The notes below the pieces were generated by a model. It ran no database searches and was not told where the DNA came from. It saw nothing but the letters and a program-made list of their open reading frames with translations. A DNA stretch of 63,483 nt, counting the filler, from Klebsormidium nitens (lineage: Eukaryota > Plantae > Klebsormidiophyceae): NCBI GenBank assembly GCA_000708835.1. It is 4 parts of 4 records of this genome, joined end to end, with 100 filler letters (N's around TTAATTAATTAA, not from the genome) between each part and the next. Parts side by side here need not be neighbours in the genome. Positions count along the whole stretch, not along the records: positions 1 to 26,700 come from DF237827.1; positions 26,801 to 39,500 come from DF237337.1; 2 more parts are not named here. One strand, written 5' to 3'. This document shows, piece after piece, positions 24,527 through 37,368 of the stretch (the stretch's first letter is position 1; every line of letters begins with the position of its first letter). A program made the position numbers and the translations under genes.

Positions 24527-26700
24527 TTGGCCGAGCCTCGTTTCGACCCGGCTGCAATGAGAGAAGACTTCAATCACGCTGAAGAAGACTCACCAGACGG
24601 AGCTCTCTCAGAGCGTCAGATTGAGGACGTGGACTGTGAAGCAGACCCACTCATGGCCGATTCTGCAACCGAGCGAGACGAGTCGACATTGAGCGAGCTC
24701 TGCACCTTCGAAGAAGTGGCCGCTATTCCGGTCAGAGCACCGTTTGACTACGACTTAGAATGTCTCAAGGATGGGGTGAGAAGAGTCCTTGGAGAACTAG
24801 AGGAATTCAGAGACGGCAGACTCGAGGTGAATGAAGAAGAGGATAGGGCTTGGCTCCAAAACGTGGAGAAAAACGTTCTGAATCCGGACCAGTTCAGAGC
24901 CGGGAACTTCAATAGAACGATTCCCGCGTGGGAGGAGCTTTTGAAGGACTCCAAAAGAAAAACATCGAAGATGGTTTTAGGAGCCTTGAAGGAAGGACTG
25001 AAGCCATCCTTCGAAGGAACGGATAATGCCCTCGAATCCAAACGAAAGGTCGTCAAGGCCATGTTGCTCAAGACGGTTCCCAAACGAGAGGTCAGCTCAT
25101 TCCTCACCGGAAAGTTTCCTAGCGAGATAGAATTCTCGAATCACCAATCCGCAGAGGACAATGCAGACTTCGTCTGGAATGAAGTCAAGAGCAACCTCGC
25201 TTCTGGAGCCATCTCAGCGTACCCTAAAGGAAGCAAGCCCAAAGTGGTCAACCCGATTGGAGTGGTCTTCAATCCTAAGCCGAGAAGGATCCTCAATGCT
25301 CGGTACATCAACCTCTTCATGAAGAGGTACGACTTCAACTACGAGAAGCTTCGTGATGTGCTCGTCTTCCTGAGAAAGGCAGGCTTTATGGCCACTTAAG
25401 ATCTCAACTCTGGTTACTTCCACCTCCTCATTCATCCAGACTTCAGAACCTACTTCGGCTTCAAAGTTGGAGAGGTCTACTTCCATTACAACGTCGTGAG
25501 CTTTGGGTACGCTCAAGCCTGCTACTTCTACACAGTGGTTTCCCAAGAACCGCTTCTCGAGTTGCGGGCCAGAGCAGTCTACGTCTCGGATTACGTAGAT
25601 GACGGCCTGACGGCACACCAGGACAAGGCGAGTGCAGATGGGTCCTGATCAGAATACTAAGGCTTCTTACACTGCTGGGGGCTCACTTCAGCCTCCCAAA
25701 ATGCCTCCTGGAGCCTGCCCAGAGTGCGGACTGGCTTGGCTTCGTTGTGGACTCACTTCTCGAGATCTTCCGGATCTCCGAGAAGAAAAAGCTCAAAGTC
25801 TTTGCAGTGTTGGAGCAGATCCTCGAGTCTGATGAAATCACTGCCAGAATGCTCGCCTCCATGGCGGGGAAGCTGGTCTCGTTGGGTCCAGCAATGCTCC
25901 CCGCTTCTCTCTTTAGCCGCCCGCTCTTCGCAGCCATGCAAGGAAAGCTGACGTAGGACGAAGTTTTTGAAAACCCCGCCGAGGTCAAAGAAGCTGCTCA
26001 GCTTTTCCTTGACAACTTCGACAAGTGGAACGGACGAAGATGGCATACATTCCCAGTGGCCCTTCAGACATCATCTGATGCCTCAGACGTAGGGTTTGGA
26101 GGCTACGTCCAGATTCCCGGCAAAAGCAGGCTGCAATTGGCTGGAACGTTCAGCAAGGAAGAAGCGGCACTCTCCAGCACGGCTCGCGAAATGAAAGGCC
26201 TCCTGAAGATTCTTCAAAGAGCCTTGCAAACAGCCGGATCTGCAGCTATCAGGAACTCTTGCATCGTCATCACCACTGACAATCGGGGAGCGACCTACGC
26301 TATTAACAGCATGCGTAGCAGCAGTCCCGACGTCAACAAGATTCTGCAAGAGTTTTTCCGTTTCTCGTGCGAAAACGGAGTGGACATCAAAGCTCAGTGG
26401 AAGCCGCGAGAGGAGATGCAGGAGGAAGATGCGCTGAGTCGCCAGCCAGATGCCTCAGATTGGGGCTTGAGCTCTTCTCTTGTTCAAAAGGTGACGACTT
26501 GGTTTGGTGTCGAGCCTTCAGTCGATCTCTTCGGTTCGGACGTCTGGCACGTGACCAAGAGCTTCGTCTCGAAAGACTTCACCCCGGGATGCCTCGCAGT
26601 TGATGCTTTCGTTCAGGACTGGAAGCAACTGGTTCCGGAAGGAGATTACGCTTGGATTTTCCCTCCGTTCCGACACGTGGCGCTGGCAGTCCGACTAGTC
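24527..26700 (+). pseudogene. DIRS-type retrotransposon pol: reverse transcriptase, RNase H, Dam-like N6-adenine methyltransferase
   Basis: NHQSA..FV, ILNARYIN, DLNSGYFH, SFGYAQA, YVDD (RT); SDASDVGFGG, STAREMKG, TDN, DALSR (RNase H); VDLFGS..DAF..DW..WIFPPF (MTase). Stops at 25397 and 25954, frameshift ~25636, truncated by gap. Confidence 0.9.
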
Positions 26701-26744
26701 NNNNNNNNNNNNNNNNNNNNNNNNNNNNNNNNNNNNNNNNNNNN

Positions 26745-26756
26745 TTAATTAATTAA
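26745..26756. other. Assembly linker TTAATTAATTAA inside N gap (also 39545-39556, 59856-59867)
   Basis: Identical 12-mer with stops in all six frames embedded in N runs. Confidence 0.9.
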
Positions 26757-26800
26757 NNNNNNNNNNNNNNNNNNNNNNNNNNNNNNNNNNNNNNNNNNNN

Positions 26801-26960
26801 CCGGTTCATGGGAAACGGCTCCGATTTGCATGAACCGGTTCCTGTTCCATGTGAACCGGGCGCGAACCGGGGCCTCGCTCCGGTTCGTCCGCCACTTTTC
26901 CGGAGCGGAATGCTCCGGTTCGGCCCCTGTTGAGCTCCGGTTTGGAGCCAAGCTGCCCTG
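26801..26960. mobile_element. Right end of a hAT-like element
   Basis: Dense GAACCGG/CCGGTTC subterminal motifs ending ..AAGCTGCCCTG (reverse complement CAGGGCAGCTT); left part lost in gap. Confidence 0.45.
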
Positions 26961-27997
26961 TGAACGCAGCTCTTCAAGAGTTTCTACGACTCATGCGCAC
27001 CTTTCCAGATCCAAGGCGAGCAACATATATAACTGCAAGAACCCACATAGTCAAAGACTATCCTCCTGAGACATAAATTAAGACCGTATCTACCGACACC
27101 TAAACAACTAAAGTCAAGCGCCTGCGTAAACAACCCCTGCACTCCGTTGTCACCGGCACACACTCCTCTTCACAAAGGCGACACCACAATTCTTTGTCCA
27201 GAGCTTATGCTAATTCGTTGGCCAAATTAGCACTAGCTACTATCAGGGCTGTGGCCGCAAGCGCAACGGAGGGCCCCAAGCGCAAGTGGACCCTTTGGTA
27301 TCGGTTTTGGGGTCTTAGGGCGTCATCACAACACCGGCTATCAGAGCTGTGACGTTGACCGAGGTGCGATTTGACGCCGTCGTAGAACGGGTCAGGTTGG
27401 CAATAATGTTGGTCACCGTTGCGTTCAGTGTGGCCGTCAGATTGACTGCAGATGAAGCCGCGGAAATCAGCGCAATCAGTTGCCCAGACTCCGACGTTTG
27501 TTCTCGAACAGAAGCGTTTTTGGGCGGAACATGCTCTACGAACCCGTGTTCGCCGCATCAACTACGCATCAACTTGGTCCAATACAAGAAGCGTGTGATG
27601 GCACACTTGCTTGCGGTGCTCCAGTAGCAATTGAGAGACAAGTCGAGCAAAGAAAGTCCTGGCCGCCCTTTTCGTGAGTAATACTTTTACACCGATCATA
27701 GCCGGTGGGTATCTAACCGGAACCGCAAGATCCGGATCACGCGTAAGACCGAACGATCGCGAAACGAGCGGACACGAACACCGCGCGGACGCCTCTGAAA
27801 CGAGTGAACATGATGCTCATTTTGCACGTCAACAGAATCTGGACGCACTGCACTTGCAGCTACCAAATATTCGCCCAACGCGTCTCGACCCATGCTACGG
27901 GCCTTCTGATGAAGAATCTGAGGTAAGACACCTCATCGAACTAGGATGTGTAAAGTAGCGTAGCCTCGAGATCAGACGCAGGGTCTCGCGGACTCAC

Positions 27998-30900
27998 AGA
28001 AGGTCCTGGCGTTATAGCCGAGCGGATAGCACGCGTAGCCGCTGCCGTAGAAGCCCGCGTTGCACGTGCAGTTGACGCCGCGGGGGGTAAGGATCCCGGT
28101 CGCGTTCTTATCGCAGATCAAGCTGGGGTTGCAGTCGACGCAGCCTGGAGGAAAATGGTTGAGAAAGATTGGTATAGCAAAGGGAGGATGTTCCGTCAAC
28201 CATACCTGGTTGGTGTCTGTTTCAATGCCCTCTTACCAGGCGGGCATGTTTTTAGGCCGGTTGCCTCTTAATTAGCCCGATTGAAAACCAGAGCTTTGTT
28301 TGTCTAGGAAGCCCTTGAGATCTCAGCGAGTGCCCTGCTCTCAGGAACAGCCCATGAGTTCTCCAGCTTAGTACTTTCCCTGAAGTGGCAAACACGGCAC
28401 CGAAAACGAATTCTGAGAAAGCTGCAATTTTGAAAGCTACGACGGACGGAAGGCAATGGGCGTGCGCTGGCAAAACAGCTGCTGCAGAACAAGTGAATGA
28501 CTTCCTTTTGCGAACAGGATCCCCTTTTGCTCTTACGTCTATATGGATGGGTTGCACTTGCACTACGAAGACTGTAGAAAGGAAACACGAGAGAAAAGGA
28601 AGGTGAAAATGACGCGGTGGCGGGCCCCAACCTTACGAGGAGACAAAACAAGGAGAGCAGAGGAGAAGCTCCACGAGCCGAAAAGCTGAGAATGGAGCGA
28701 AAGGAGGAGAAAGAAGAGGACGAGAAGGAGAACACTTAAGCGAGCAATCTTGAGAGTCCCCTCACTTGTGTTAACGTAGGCGTCGAAAGGCCTCCGCCTG
28801 TTAACCATTCCGACGGGAATCGCGGGGCAGAACGACGTGACAATCGTGACGTCATTAGTGAACTCCGACTCGACGTAGACGTTGTCGCCCAGGCTCTACG
28901 ACGTGTCGAAAAAGGAGAAATGTAAAGAAGCGAATTGCTTGAGTGAGCGCGAGGAAGATCGGGTAGGATCCTGATGCGACGGAACGAAAAGACTGTTGAT
29001 GTCGGACTCCGACGGAGGGAGATCAGCAGAAAAGCTCTATGGTCACTTCGAAACGAGAAACTCCTTTCCAGCCACGGAGTGATTCCGCTTCTACTAGATC
29101 GTCCTTCCGTTTCCTGATACCAGCGACTTCCAATCGTACCCGTATGAAAGCAGCCAGAGCCTGTTCCTCTATCATTCTTCCCAGATGGTGTGAACCAGCC
29201 CACGTAAACGAAGCCGTTGTCAGAAAAGAAAGCAAGTCGCCAAGCTACCAGCCCATACGTTAACCAAGTATTGGATACTGCAAACCCTTCCGATATTTGC
29301 ACTTCGCGTCATCTAATCGTAACCGTAAACTTAAGCAACAGTGAGTGACCAATGTAAACGGGTCTACGCCAAGCTGCATGTGTTTATCTACTCCGTCACC
29401 TGTGCTACGACATCAGGATTGGCTGTGTTACGGTACTAGGTTGGCTAACCCACCTGCGCTTGCGCCAAGTTTGCCGTAAAGGTATCCCCGCCGCAGAAGG
29501 ACGTGCTCGCTGAGCCGTAAGTGTGGACCGCGCCTCCACGTGGCGCATGGTTGTTCTCGAAGAGGTTATCGGCGAAAAGACCGCAACCATGCATGTAAAC
29601 GGCTGCGCCTCCGATCTGCATCAAACGACAATGGTCAAAAGTTTTGTGAAGGTTTGATGGTCAGTCGAAGAAGACTCTCCGGGAGGATCATTAAGCTCAG
29701 ACCGGATCAAGAGAGTTCCCTACCGAAACTTTTTGCAGCCAGCTTGAGCACATGCGGAAGCTGGGCATTGCAAAGTGAAGCTTTTGGCTGCGAATCAAGT
29801 ACCACTTGAGCGTCGTCTATGGCAGAGTCGGAACGCTTGATACTGGGTTGATATTCAGATACAAGCTCTTGAAACAGCACAAGTGTATTGACCGAAGGTT
29901 GACTACCTACACATGACGTTTCTCGCAACATTGCCCAGTGACCCTTTATCGTATAAGACGCCTCCAAACTGAACCAACAATCTCTTCACATGTCCGACAA
30001 TCGCTTCTCATGTTTAATAGAACACCATCCTCAAATCCGCTGCTTTTGTGGGCTTGTCTCCGTCAAGGGGACCGTGCTAAGCAAAAGGCAGCTGAACTCA
30101 TGAATTTGGGGAGGGAGTACTAACCGCTGACGTCCCGTTGATGAAGTGGTTATAAATGATGGTCGCGTTGGATCCAGAGGGCACGTAGATAGCACCTCCC
30201 TCCTGCAACGGTAGAACGCTTACGTAAATGTCAGTCATCGGCAACTTTTCTTGCAGCTCCAGGCTGCCACGCAATTGCGCTTCTATGGGATATCTTCTCC
30301 CATACCTCGCTCCTCGCTCTTGTTCTAAGAATCGTACAGTTGTTTCTTAGGAGACGGGTTTAAGAGAAAGTTGGAGGCTCGTGGGCAGTCTGACATCGAC
30401 TTACATAGAGCTGTTCGTCCGACCTAGTGTTGCAACTAAGTTTGCCAACCCTAATTCCCTCCTTCGAGACGTTTCACCAGGGTCCAGAACCCTTAGCTCT
30501 GAGAACCCTGATTCCCTGACACCTTGAAGGTCAAAAGTAGCCTGAGTAAATCGACGTACATGATACCCTCTAAACTCCATGGAAGCTAAGCCCTTGAAGC
30601 ATGCGTGCATCAACCCGCGACATTTGCCACCTCTATGCATATGCATGTCATACTCAACTGAGAATCTTGCAAGCCCTGGTTACCTACATTCTGAGACCTT
30701 ACGACCCAAAAAGCTTCATATTTCTTCAATCTTTTCAAGCCACGCATGCAGATCCCTAACTCCTAAAACCCCCGAAACCATGTGGTTTCCGTTGATAACC
30801 CACCTCAGTAGCTTCGCTCTCGGCAAACACGCTGTCCGTGACGAGGACAAAATTCCCGACGTCGGGCAAAAAGATTGCGCCCCCGGAGCTGCCAGCAGTG

Positions 30901-33900
30901 GAAGCGTAAAAGAGGCTGTCTTTTACAGTCAACACAGTCAACGTCTCCCCTCCAGAGGGGTTATGCTGGTAGACAGCACCTGTAAGAGACAAAATGAAAT
31001 CGATAGATCTGAACAGGTTGGTCGGACTGTGTCCGTTCTTGTCTGTCTGGGTTGTCCGGTGTTTTCATCGTTTTGCACGTCTCAATTTCAAGGCGACTTA
31101 CACCTGGGAAGGCCAAATCAGTTGCCCCCGTTTCTTTCCAACCAAACAAGAACAAAAACAGGGGATTGCATGGGCAAGAAACAACAAACGGACAGTCGAC
31201 AAGACGATCAGCCTCCGGATGTCAGTTGAACCCGTACCTGTGTTGGTTACGCTGGAAACCGATGGAGCATCCTCGAAAATACGTGGAAAATACTGGCTTC
31301 TAAGCTCAAGCTGACACCAGTCCCGGAAACATTAGACAGCTGCAACAAACTAAAATGATACATCGAGAGTTTTGCCAAATCCCTCCAGGACGTTGGTAAC
31401 GCATCCTGATGCGGATCATGTAAGGTCTCAGGCTGAGAGAAGAAGGCCGTTACCTCCAGCACTTTCCGCAGTATTGTTGACGAAGACGCATCCGAGGAAG
31501 GTCGTGTTCCCTCCAGTATACACGGCCCCACCGTACTGGAAAGGAAAAGGGCCGTTTTACACCAGTGCAAAACACAAACGAGAAGGCATTGGGAAGCGGC
31601 ACGAGTGCAACTGCATCCCATGCAGGCGGCAGGGATGGAGCCCAGACACCTACATTTCTGGCAACTTTAAGTTTCAAAAGCGTACGGAGCCTTTCCTGAC
31701 TGATTTTGCACTTGCCGCTGGAGACTTGATCAAGTGACCGGTACCACAGAATTCGCAGAGTCAGAACCTGTCTTCGAGACCATCTGACTCGAGGGGCCTC
31801 TTCAACCGATTTCTTGACCTCAGCATGCTTGTGGGTGGTCGGACAGAAGCTTCAGAGGGTCCTCAAGTTGGGATGCAAGAGGTTCGACTCACATAAAGAG
31901 CATAGTTGTTGGTGAAAGCGACGTTGATAAAGCTGGCCACGGCTTCGTCTCCGACTTGAACCGCACCGCCGTAGAGGGAACCCTGCACAGAGAAAGGTAA
32001 TTAACCAATGTTTGCCTTCACGAGGCTCAGGAAACAGGGTCCAGGGGCTGTAAGGTATGGAGGATCGCGGCGCTGAGGTGGCTTCTTTCGAAAAGCCTAG
32101 CTAGAGGCGCCTCATTTACAGCACACACTTCTTCTTACACGCACTCCTTTTCGAAAGCTCTGCTTAGCAGTCCCCCAGACCTAGTAAGCGGAGAAGCTCA
32201 CTAAACTTCTCTTTATCATGGAAGCTGATAGAGAGGCAGAGAATTGATACAACAGACAGGGAGCGGGGACCGGCAAAAAGGGCGAATTTAGTGGGTAGAA
32301 AGGTTTCAACATGAGAAAAGCTTTTGTCTTGGTCTCCTGGGACCCCTCACCAAATTACCTGCACCAATGAGGTCATGATGTGCAACCTTGCAGTTCCCCT
32401 GGACACAGTATTGTGGAGGTTGCTAAACACGGTTGCTGCAAATAAAAGCGAACACGACCTATCGCTTCCTCGGAGATATCAGAAAAGAGGGGCCACTTAC
32501 GTAGCCATCTGAGAGCTCCAGGTTTTGAAAGACAACAGGCCCCACCAGGTCTGCAATCTCGAACAGTTCAAGCTGCACCAAGGAAGATGTGGTCAGGTCA
32601 ATAACTGCGATAATTGGTGGTGATTTTGGATGAGATTCTGAATGGATTGAACGTGATTGGCTTCAATTGTTTCAGGTGGGGAGTGGGTGTATGATCTTTA
32701 AGCAGACCCCCTGGTACAGGACTCTGAGCCTCCGGTTCCAAAGTCATCCACACTACCATTAACCTTGACACCCAAGCTTATGGAAGGCTCTTTGATTATG
32801 CAATTAAAGTGATCCAACACCTCATCTCTGCTATACTACAGGATCAAGGAGCTTGATAGCTTCATCCTGTCGTTCGTTTAACCTGGTTAATTGTCATGGG
32901 ACTTTGCAAGCAGAAGATGGTTTCTGTCTTTGAAAAGCCGAGACATAGAGCCGCCATTCTTGCATCGGAGTCAACCTTCCACAGTGATTTCAGAGGTTTA
33001 GGCCGAGCTTAAAAACGCTCCTGCTGAAGTATGTAGGGATTGGGTTTTTATAGTGGAAACAACAGATGCTTGAGGACTCTCAAGCGTCCTATATCATATG
33101 TGGTGTAGCCCGCAAGGTTAACGCAGAGTTTGCTCACATATGTAGTGGAGGGGCTCCTGTAGATCTTGCAGGGCCTTCCGGTGGTGGTGTTGGCTCCAAC
33201 GATTGTAACCGCCTCGCTGACAGCCAGGGTTACATTAACCTCGATGTCACTGCAAGGATGAACAACGGGCTTAGAAGAGCAGGACATAAGCCAAGTTGGT
33301 GAAGTTTGCCTAAGCAGCGTGTAAGTTTGTGAGGGCATTGCCTTGCATATACCACTAATGATTAACGTGGAAAGGTTGATTTGCAGAGGATTTGTGACAG
33401 ACGCGATGAGAAGAGCGGCAACGTGGCAATAAGGAGAATCAAGGTGGTGAGACCATTTTCAGGAAGCTGTCAGATCTTGCAAACTGTGACTTGCGGGTCG
33501 CTTGAGGGACCAGCATTGTGATAGAAGCTCAAAGCGGAGTTCCGTGCGCAAGCTTGGCATTGCAGACAAGCATCGCTGTCGGTTGAACAAAGCACATTGT
33601 AGTGACAGTAAGAAAGAAAATGCCGGAGTGCAAGAAGCCCATCTCCTTACTATAGTAGGATGAACAGCGACGCAGCCAAAGAAAGTCCAACTAGGTCACA
33701 CCTTACCAGATGAAAAGCATCCAGAGGTTGACGCACTGGGACCCACCAGGAATCAGCTCCTGCTTCAAGTAGTCTGAAGCTTCTTTGCACCATTCTTCGG
33801 ACACTTCTTGTCACGTCATAAGTCATACAGCCTTCCGTTTCATGATCAACCGCACTTTACCCTTGAAGGACTGGTCACATTGCCTCTTGACAAAGACCAC

Positions 33901-34420
33901 AATCCAGCATTTCCAGCGTTCCCATCTGCTTTCTACTCTACGCCTTTACTGCGCTCCCCCCACTTGAAACACTCTTACGCCAAAACATCATAAGGTGGGA
34001 GCTTTTCCAAGTGTTTGTCAGTTCCTTTCTGGGGTGTTCAGTCTCACCTGCAGATTACGATGACCTCCCCCAACCTTGCAGAATCAAGCTTTGCCTGCAG
34101 GGTCACCGCGTCGGTGTACCCCACGCAGGTGGTGTTTAGCCTCACCGCAGCCGCATTTGCTGGGAGTGTGGCATTCAGGAGTTGCGCTGCAGGAAAATAT
34201 AGAAAGGTCGAAATCTGCTTAAGAGCGTGAGCGCTTCCGCTCTTGCTCGCAAATCGTCAGCAGCTGATGTTTTGCTCAGCTGTGAACAAGAGATAAAGAT
34301 GGAGTGCGTCAACATCGACAGTTGTTCCTCGCAGCACCGAGAGGATTCTGTCCGGTAGAACAGTCCCATCTTAGGAAGAGTTTCTGGAGTTGCGCTGGTC
34401 GTCAATAGTACCACCATCAA
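27998..34420 (-). CDS. Multi-exon secreted beta-helix (pectin-lyase fold, PMP-type GGAI repeats) protein with EGF-like domain
   Basis: Splice-bounded exons: DIEVNVTLAVSEAVTIVGAN (~33245-33138); GSLYGGAVQV..FINVAFTNN (31982-31893); GAVY..SSGGAIFL..DSVF (30979-30804); EGGAIYVPSGSNATI..HFIN (30202-30125); EGF-like CDKNAT..CTCNAGFYGSGYAC (28144-27998). Ends and exon linkage uncertain. Confidence 0.55.
28385..29340 (+). pseudogene. Decayed charged-residue-rich ORF, antisense within an intron of the beta-helix gene
   Basis: Protein-like frame (EKLRMERKEEKEEDEKENT*..DVISELRLDVDVVAQALRRVEKGEM*) with scattered TAA/TGA; the antisense frame is open for 188 aa. Confidence 0.3.
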
Positions 34421-37144
34421 TTACAATGCAGAAGACCAGCAGTCCAGACTTCTGTGGTACTCAAGAAAGATTTGATGGCGCATACGCTTGTGTGATGATG
34501 AAAAGTCGCAGATGACGAATTAAGCACAGTGGGCTTCTAGAAAGCAGGCGCCTTGAAATAACATACCACGAAGCAAGTCATGCCCGCCCACTGCAATGAA
34601 GATGGTTTACCAGATCAATCTCCTGTCAGGATGATTGCTAAAAGCATACAACTTCTTTGCTCAAGTCCTCCGTTCTGCAAGACCTAAACTTCTGTCGCCC
34701 GGCTACTTGCCTTTTTTCTGCTAGCTATATGAGAGCTGAGGCATTCTTGCAACTGATACACAATGAAGTTAAACTTCGTTCCTGGTTTTGGACAAGCCCG
34801 TCACCCATTTTAGCTAAGAAGGATCAGGGAAACAAGACTTAGAAGTGCAAATGGACGTGCGATATCACTGAGCAGAAACTAGGCATTACTTACCTTCTGT
34901 CTGGCAAGCCAGCAGAACGGCCACCGCGCACAGGGCAACGGCAACAAATGTCAGGCGCGCTATTCCTTGCGACTTAGGCTCTTTTGCAATGCAGGTAAAG
35001 GTCGATAGCGACTGAGCAAGAACTTCGGGCGCCTTTCTGACGATGGGGCGATGTACTGAAGTATCTGGTGTACTTGAACGAGAAACCTGATTCAGCTGTC
35101 AACGTCCTTCCCAGAGAAATGTCGTCAACAACTGCATGAGGACGTTGAGAGAGGCGCCACCAGGAACCTTGCGCGACTGACCGCCGGGATCAGGTGAAGC
35201 GTGAAGTCAACATGCAGCATGATGCAGTGCTGAGTGAAGGAGTGGCGCGCCCGGGCTTGGGTGCCCCAGGGAAGCATACCTAGCCGGCGCTCCGGGGCGA
35301 AGCCCAGGGGCGCCACTGCGCAAATTCCGGCCTGCTAGCTAGACCTACCGGTAGGTATCACCAGGCATAGGGGTGGCTCGCGGCAGGCCCGGCAAAAGTG
35401 TTGACACCCATGGCAACTTCCTGGCCTGCAAGTCAATGCGCAAACAACCACACTGTACCAGGTTTTTCGAAGTCCCTTGCTGCTTGCCACTTGGCAGTTA
35501 GTTGTGAGTTCCTGAACAGGTACGGGGTTTCCGATTTCGTCGGCTTCGGCCAATAGCGGCTGCTAGTCACTTGCGGCTTGCCTGTTTCCGGTACAGACGG
35601 TATTTCCGGGTTACTTATGGATCATTGATACAATACCGGCCATACGATCGACGCGCCTGTCTTACGTACGCCGGGTGCATGATACGGTACCGTAGGTATG
35701 TGATGGTATGCTTGATTGCAGGCAGCCCGTATACAGAGTACGTAAAGTGTGTTAATGCCTTTCCTATTTGTAAAATCTGACACGACAAAGTCCAGAAAGG
35801 TTCCCGAAAGCAACCGTTCGATATTTTTTGGCAAGCTGCGCGCTATGCCGTTCAGGCGTGCTAGTTTTTTAAAAAGGGATGAAAGGGATGGCATCGATCA
35901 GCCCTCCTTCACCCCTCCGATAAGCGAGTCTGCCTAGGCAATCAGGGTACAATCGGATATTACCCTCAGCTATGGCTATGATGGATGGGATACAATGGGT
36001 ATCATTGACAGTGTGACACTATTGCCGCCATAGATTGATTATTGTACAATACACAATCCGGTGTATGGAAGACTCGGGACGTGCCTACCAGGCCGTGCTG
36101 CCCGCCGTAGCTCTGCTGGAGTGATTGCGAGCAATTGCTCAGGGCCCACAACCGGGTCCCTCAGGCTGCAATAAGCAGCACGGTACATTTGTACTACATT
36201 GTAGGTAAGAGTGACCAATCATCCGATTGCAATACGGAGGGAGTGCGCTCCGCATGCTACTGACACTGAGATGCGCAGGGACTTAGTGCTAAGTGAAAGC
36301 TCCGCGCATTCTGGCTTCTGGAAGAAGCGGCACACCGCTTACCCAAGCGGCGTCGAGTGAGCGGCAAACGCACTTTGGGTCATGCCGCATGCGAGTGTAT
36401 ACTTCCTCGTAAGTCGGGTACAGAGCAAGTTGCTCGCGTCCGGTACTGATCGGTCCAGGTTGGAAGAAGCGCGCGGGACGGGAAGGCGCTAAAGAATGTG
36501 TTACGCGCGCTTTGGCATTTGAACATCGGCTTCCGACTCTGCGCGATTGTACTCATGAGTCTTTTATCAAATGGACAGTGTGACCTTGATGCGTTTCAAG
36601 CAGTGAGTGCTGGAGACTTGAAGGTTGCTGGTTCTCGCCAACAGTGTTTTCAACCGGTCACGAAGCCAATTCACGTGTCCACTTAGCGCTTCGCCAGCTC
36701 TACCGCTGGAGTGCCGGAATAGTATCAGCATAAAGGACCTAAAAACGGTTGGGCCTAAAGCTGGTACGTACTGTATTGCGGGCAAGAGATACAGTACGTC
36801 TACTTTCTCGGGCTTCCTCACTGTGAGAGGCTCACTGCTTTGTTTGCTCTTCTTTTGCTTTGTTTGTTTGTTTGCATACACTAGCGAGTGGAAGAGTGGA
36901 TTACGGATTCGAAGGCAAATGCTAGTTGGATCCACGGCCTGTGCGCGCGTCGGGTCATTGTCTACTCTGCGTAATTCTGCAACACCGGAGCAGAAGTTTA
37001 GTGGGTTGTGGCTATGACGTCAGGGTAAGATGCATGCATGCCAAATCAGTTTTTGGCCGAAATTCCGTCCCTATTCCGTATGCCACGGCCCCAAAATCCT
37101 TTTAGACCATATGCTAATATGCATGGTCCGGGGCCCAGAAAGGC

Positions 37145-37368
37145 AGTCTACTTGACCTTTAAGAGCGGCACTGTACTTGATTTACCTTATGATGTCATGA
37201 TGTAGGGTCGCCTCCGTCCTTAAATTATAGCTTTACCCGTTTCAGAGCGGCGGCGACATGAAAGAGAGGCCATTTGAGAATTCAGTACGTTTCGTACTTC
37301 GTTGTCCGGATTTTCAGTACGGTCCCGTCCTACTTGACCGCTCTTAAAACGGGTCAAGGTTTATAGTG
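37145..37368. mobile_element. CACTA-like MITE (copy 2 of the 421-563 repeat)
   Basis: Right end ..CCGCTCTTAAAACGGGTCAAGGTTTATAGTG; degenerate inverted left end CTTGACCTTTAAGAGCGG. Confidence 0.55.

Noticed and set aside
26745-26756. TTAATTAATTAA motif recurring three times (also 39545, 59856)
   Set aside because: Always inside N runs; assembly linker, not biology. Adjacency across these points is less certain.
33066-33302. Plus-strand ORF vaguely like an SGNH esterase
   Set aside because: Better explained as the antisense of a splice-bounded exon of the minus-strand beta-helix gene.
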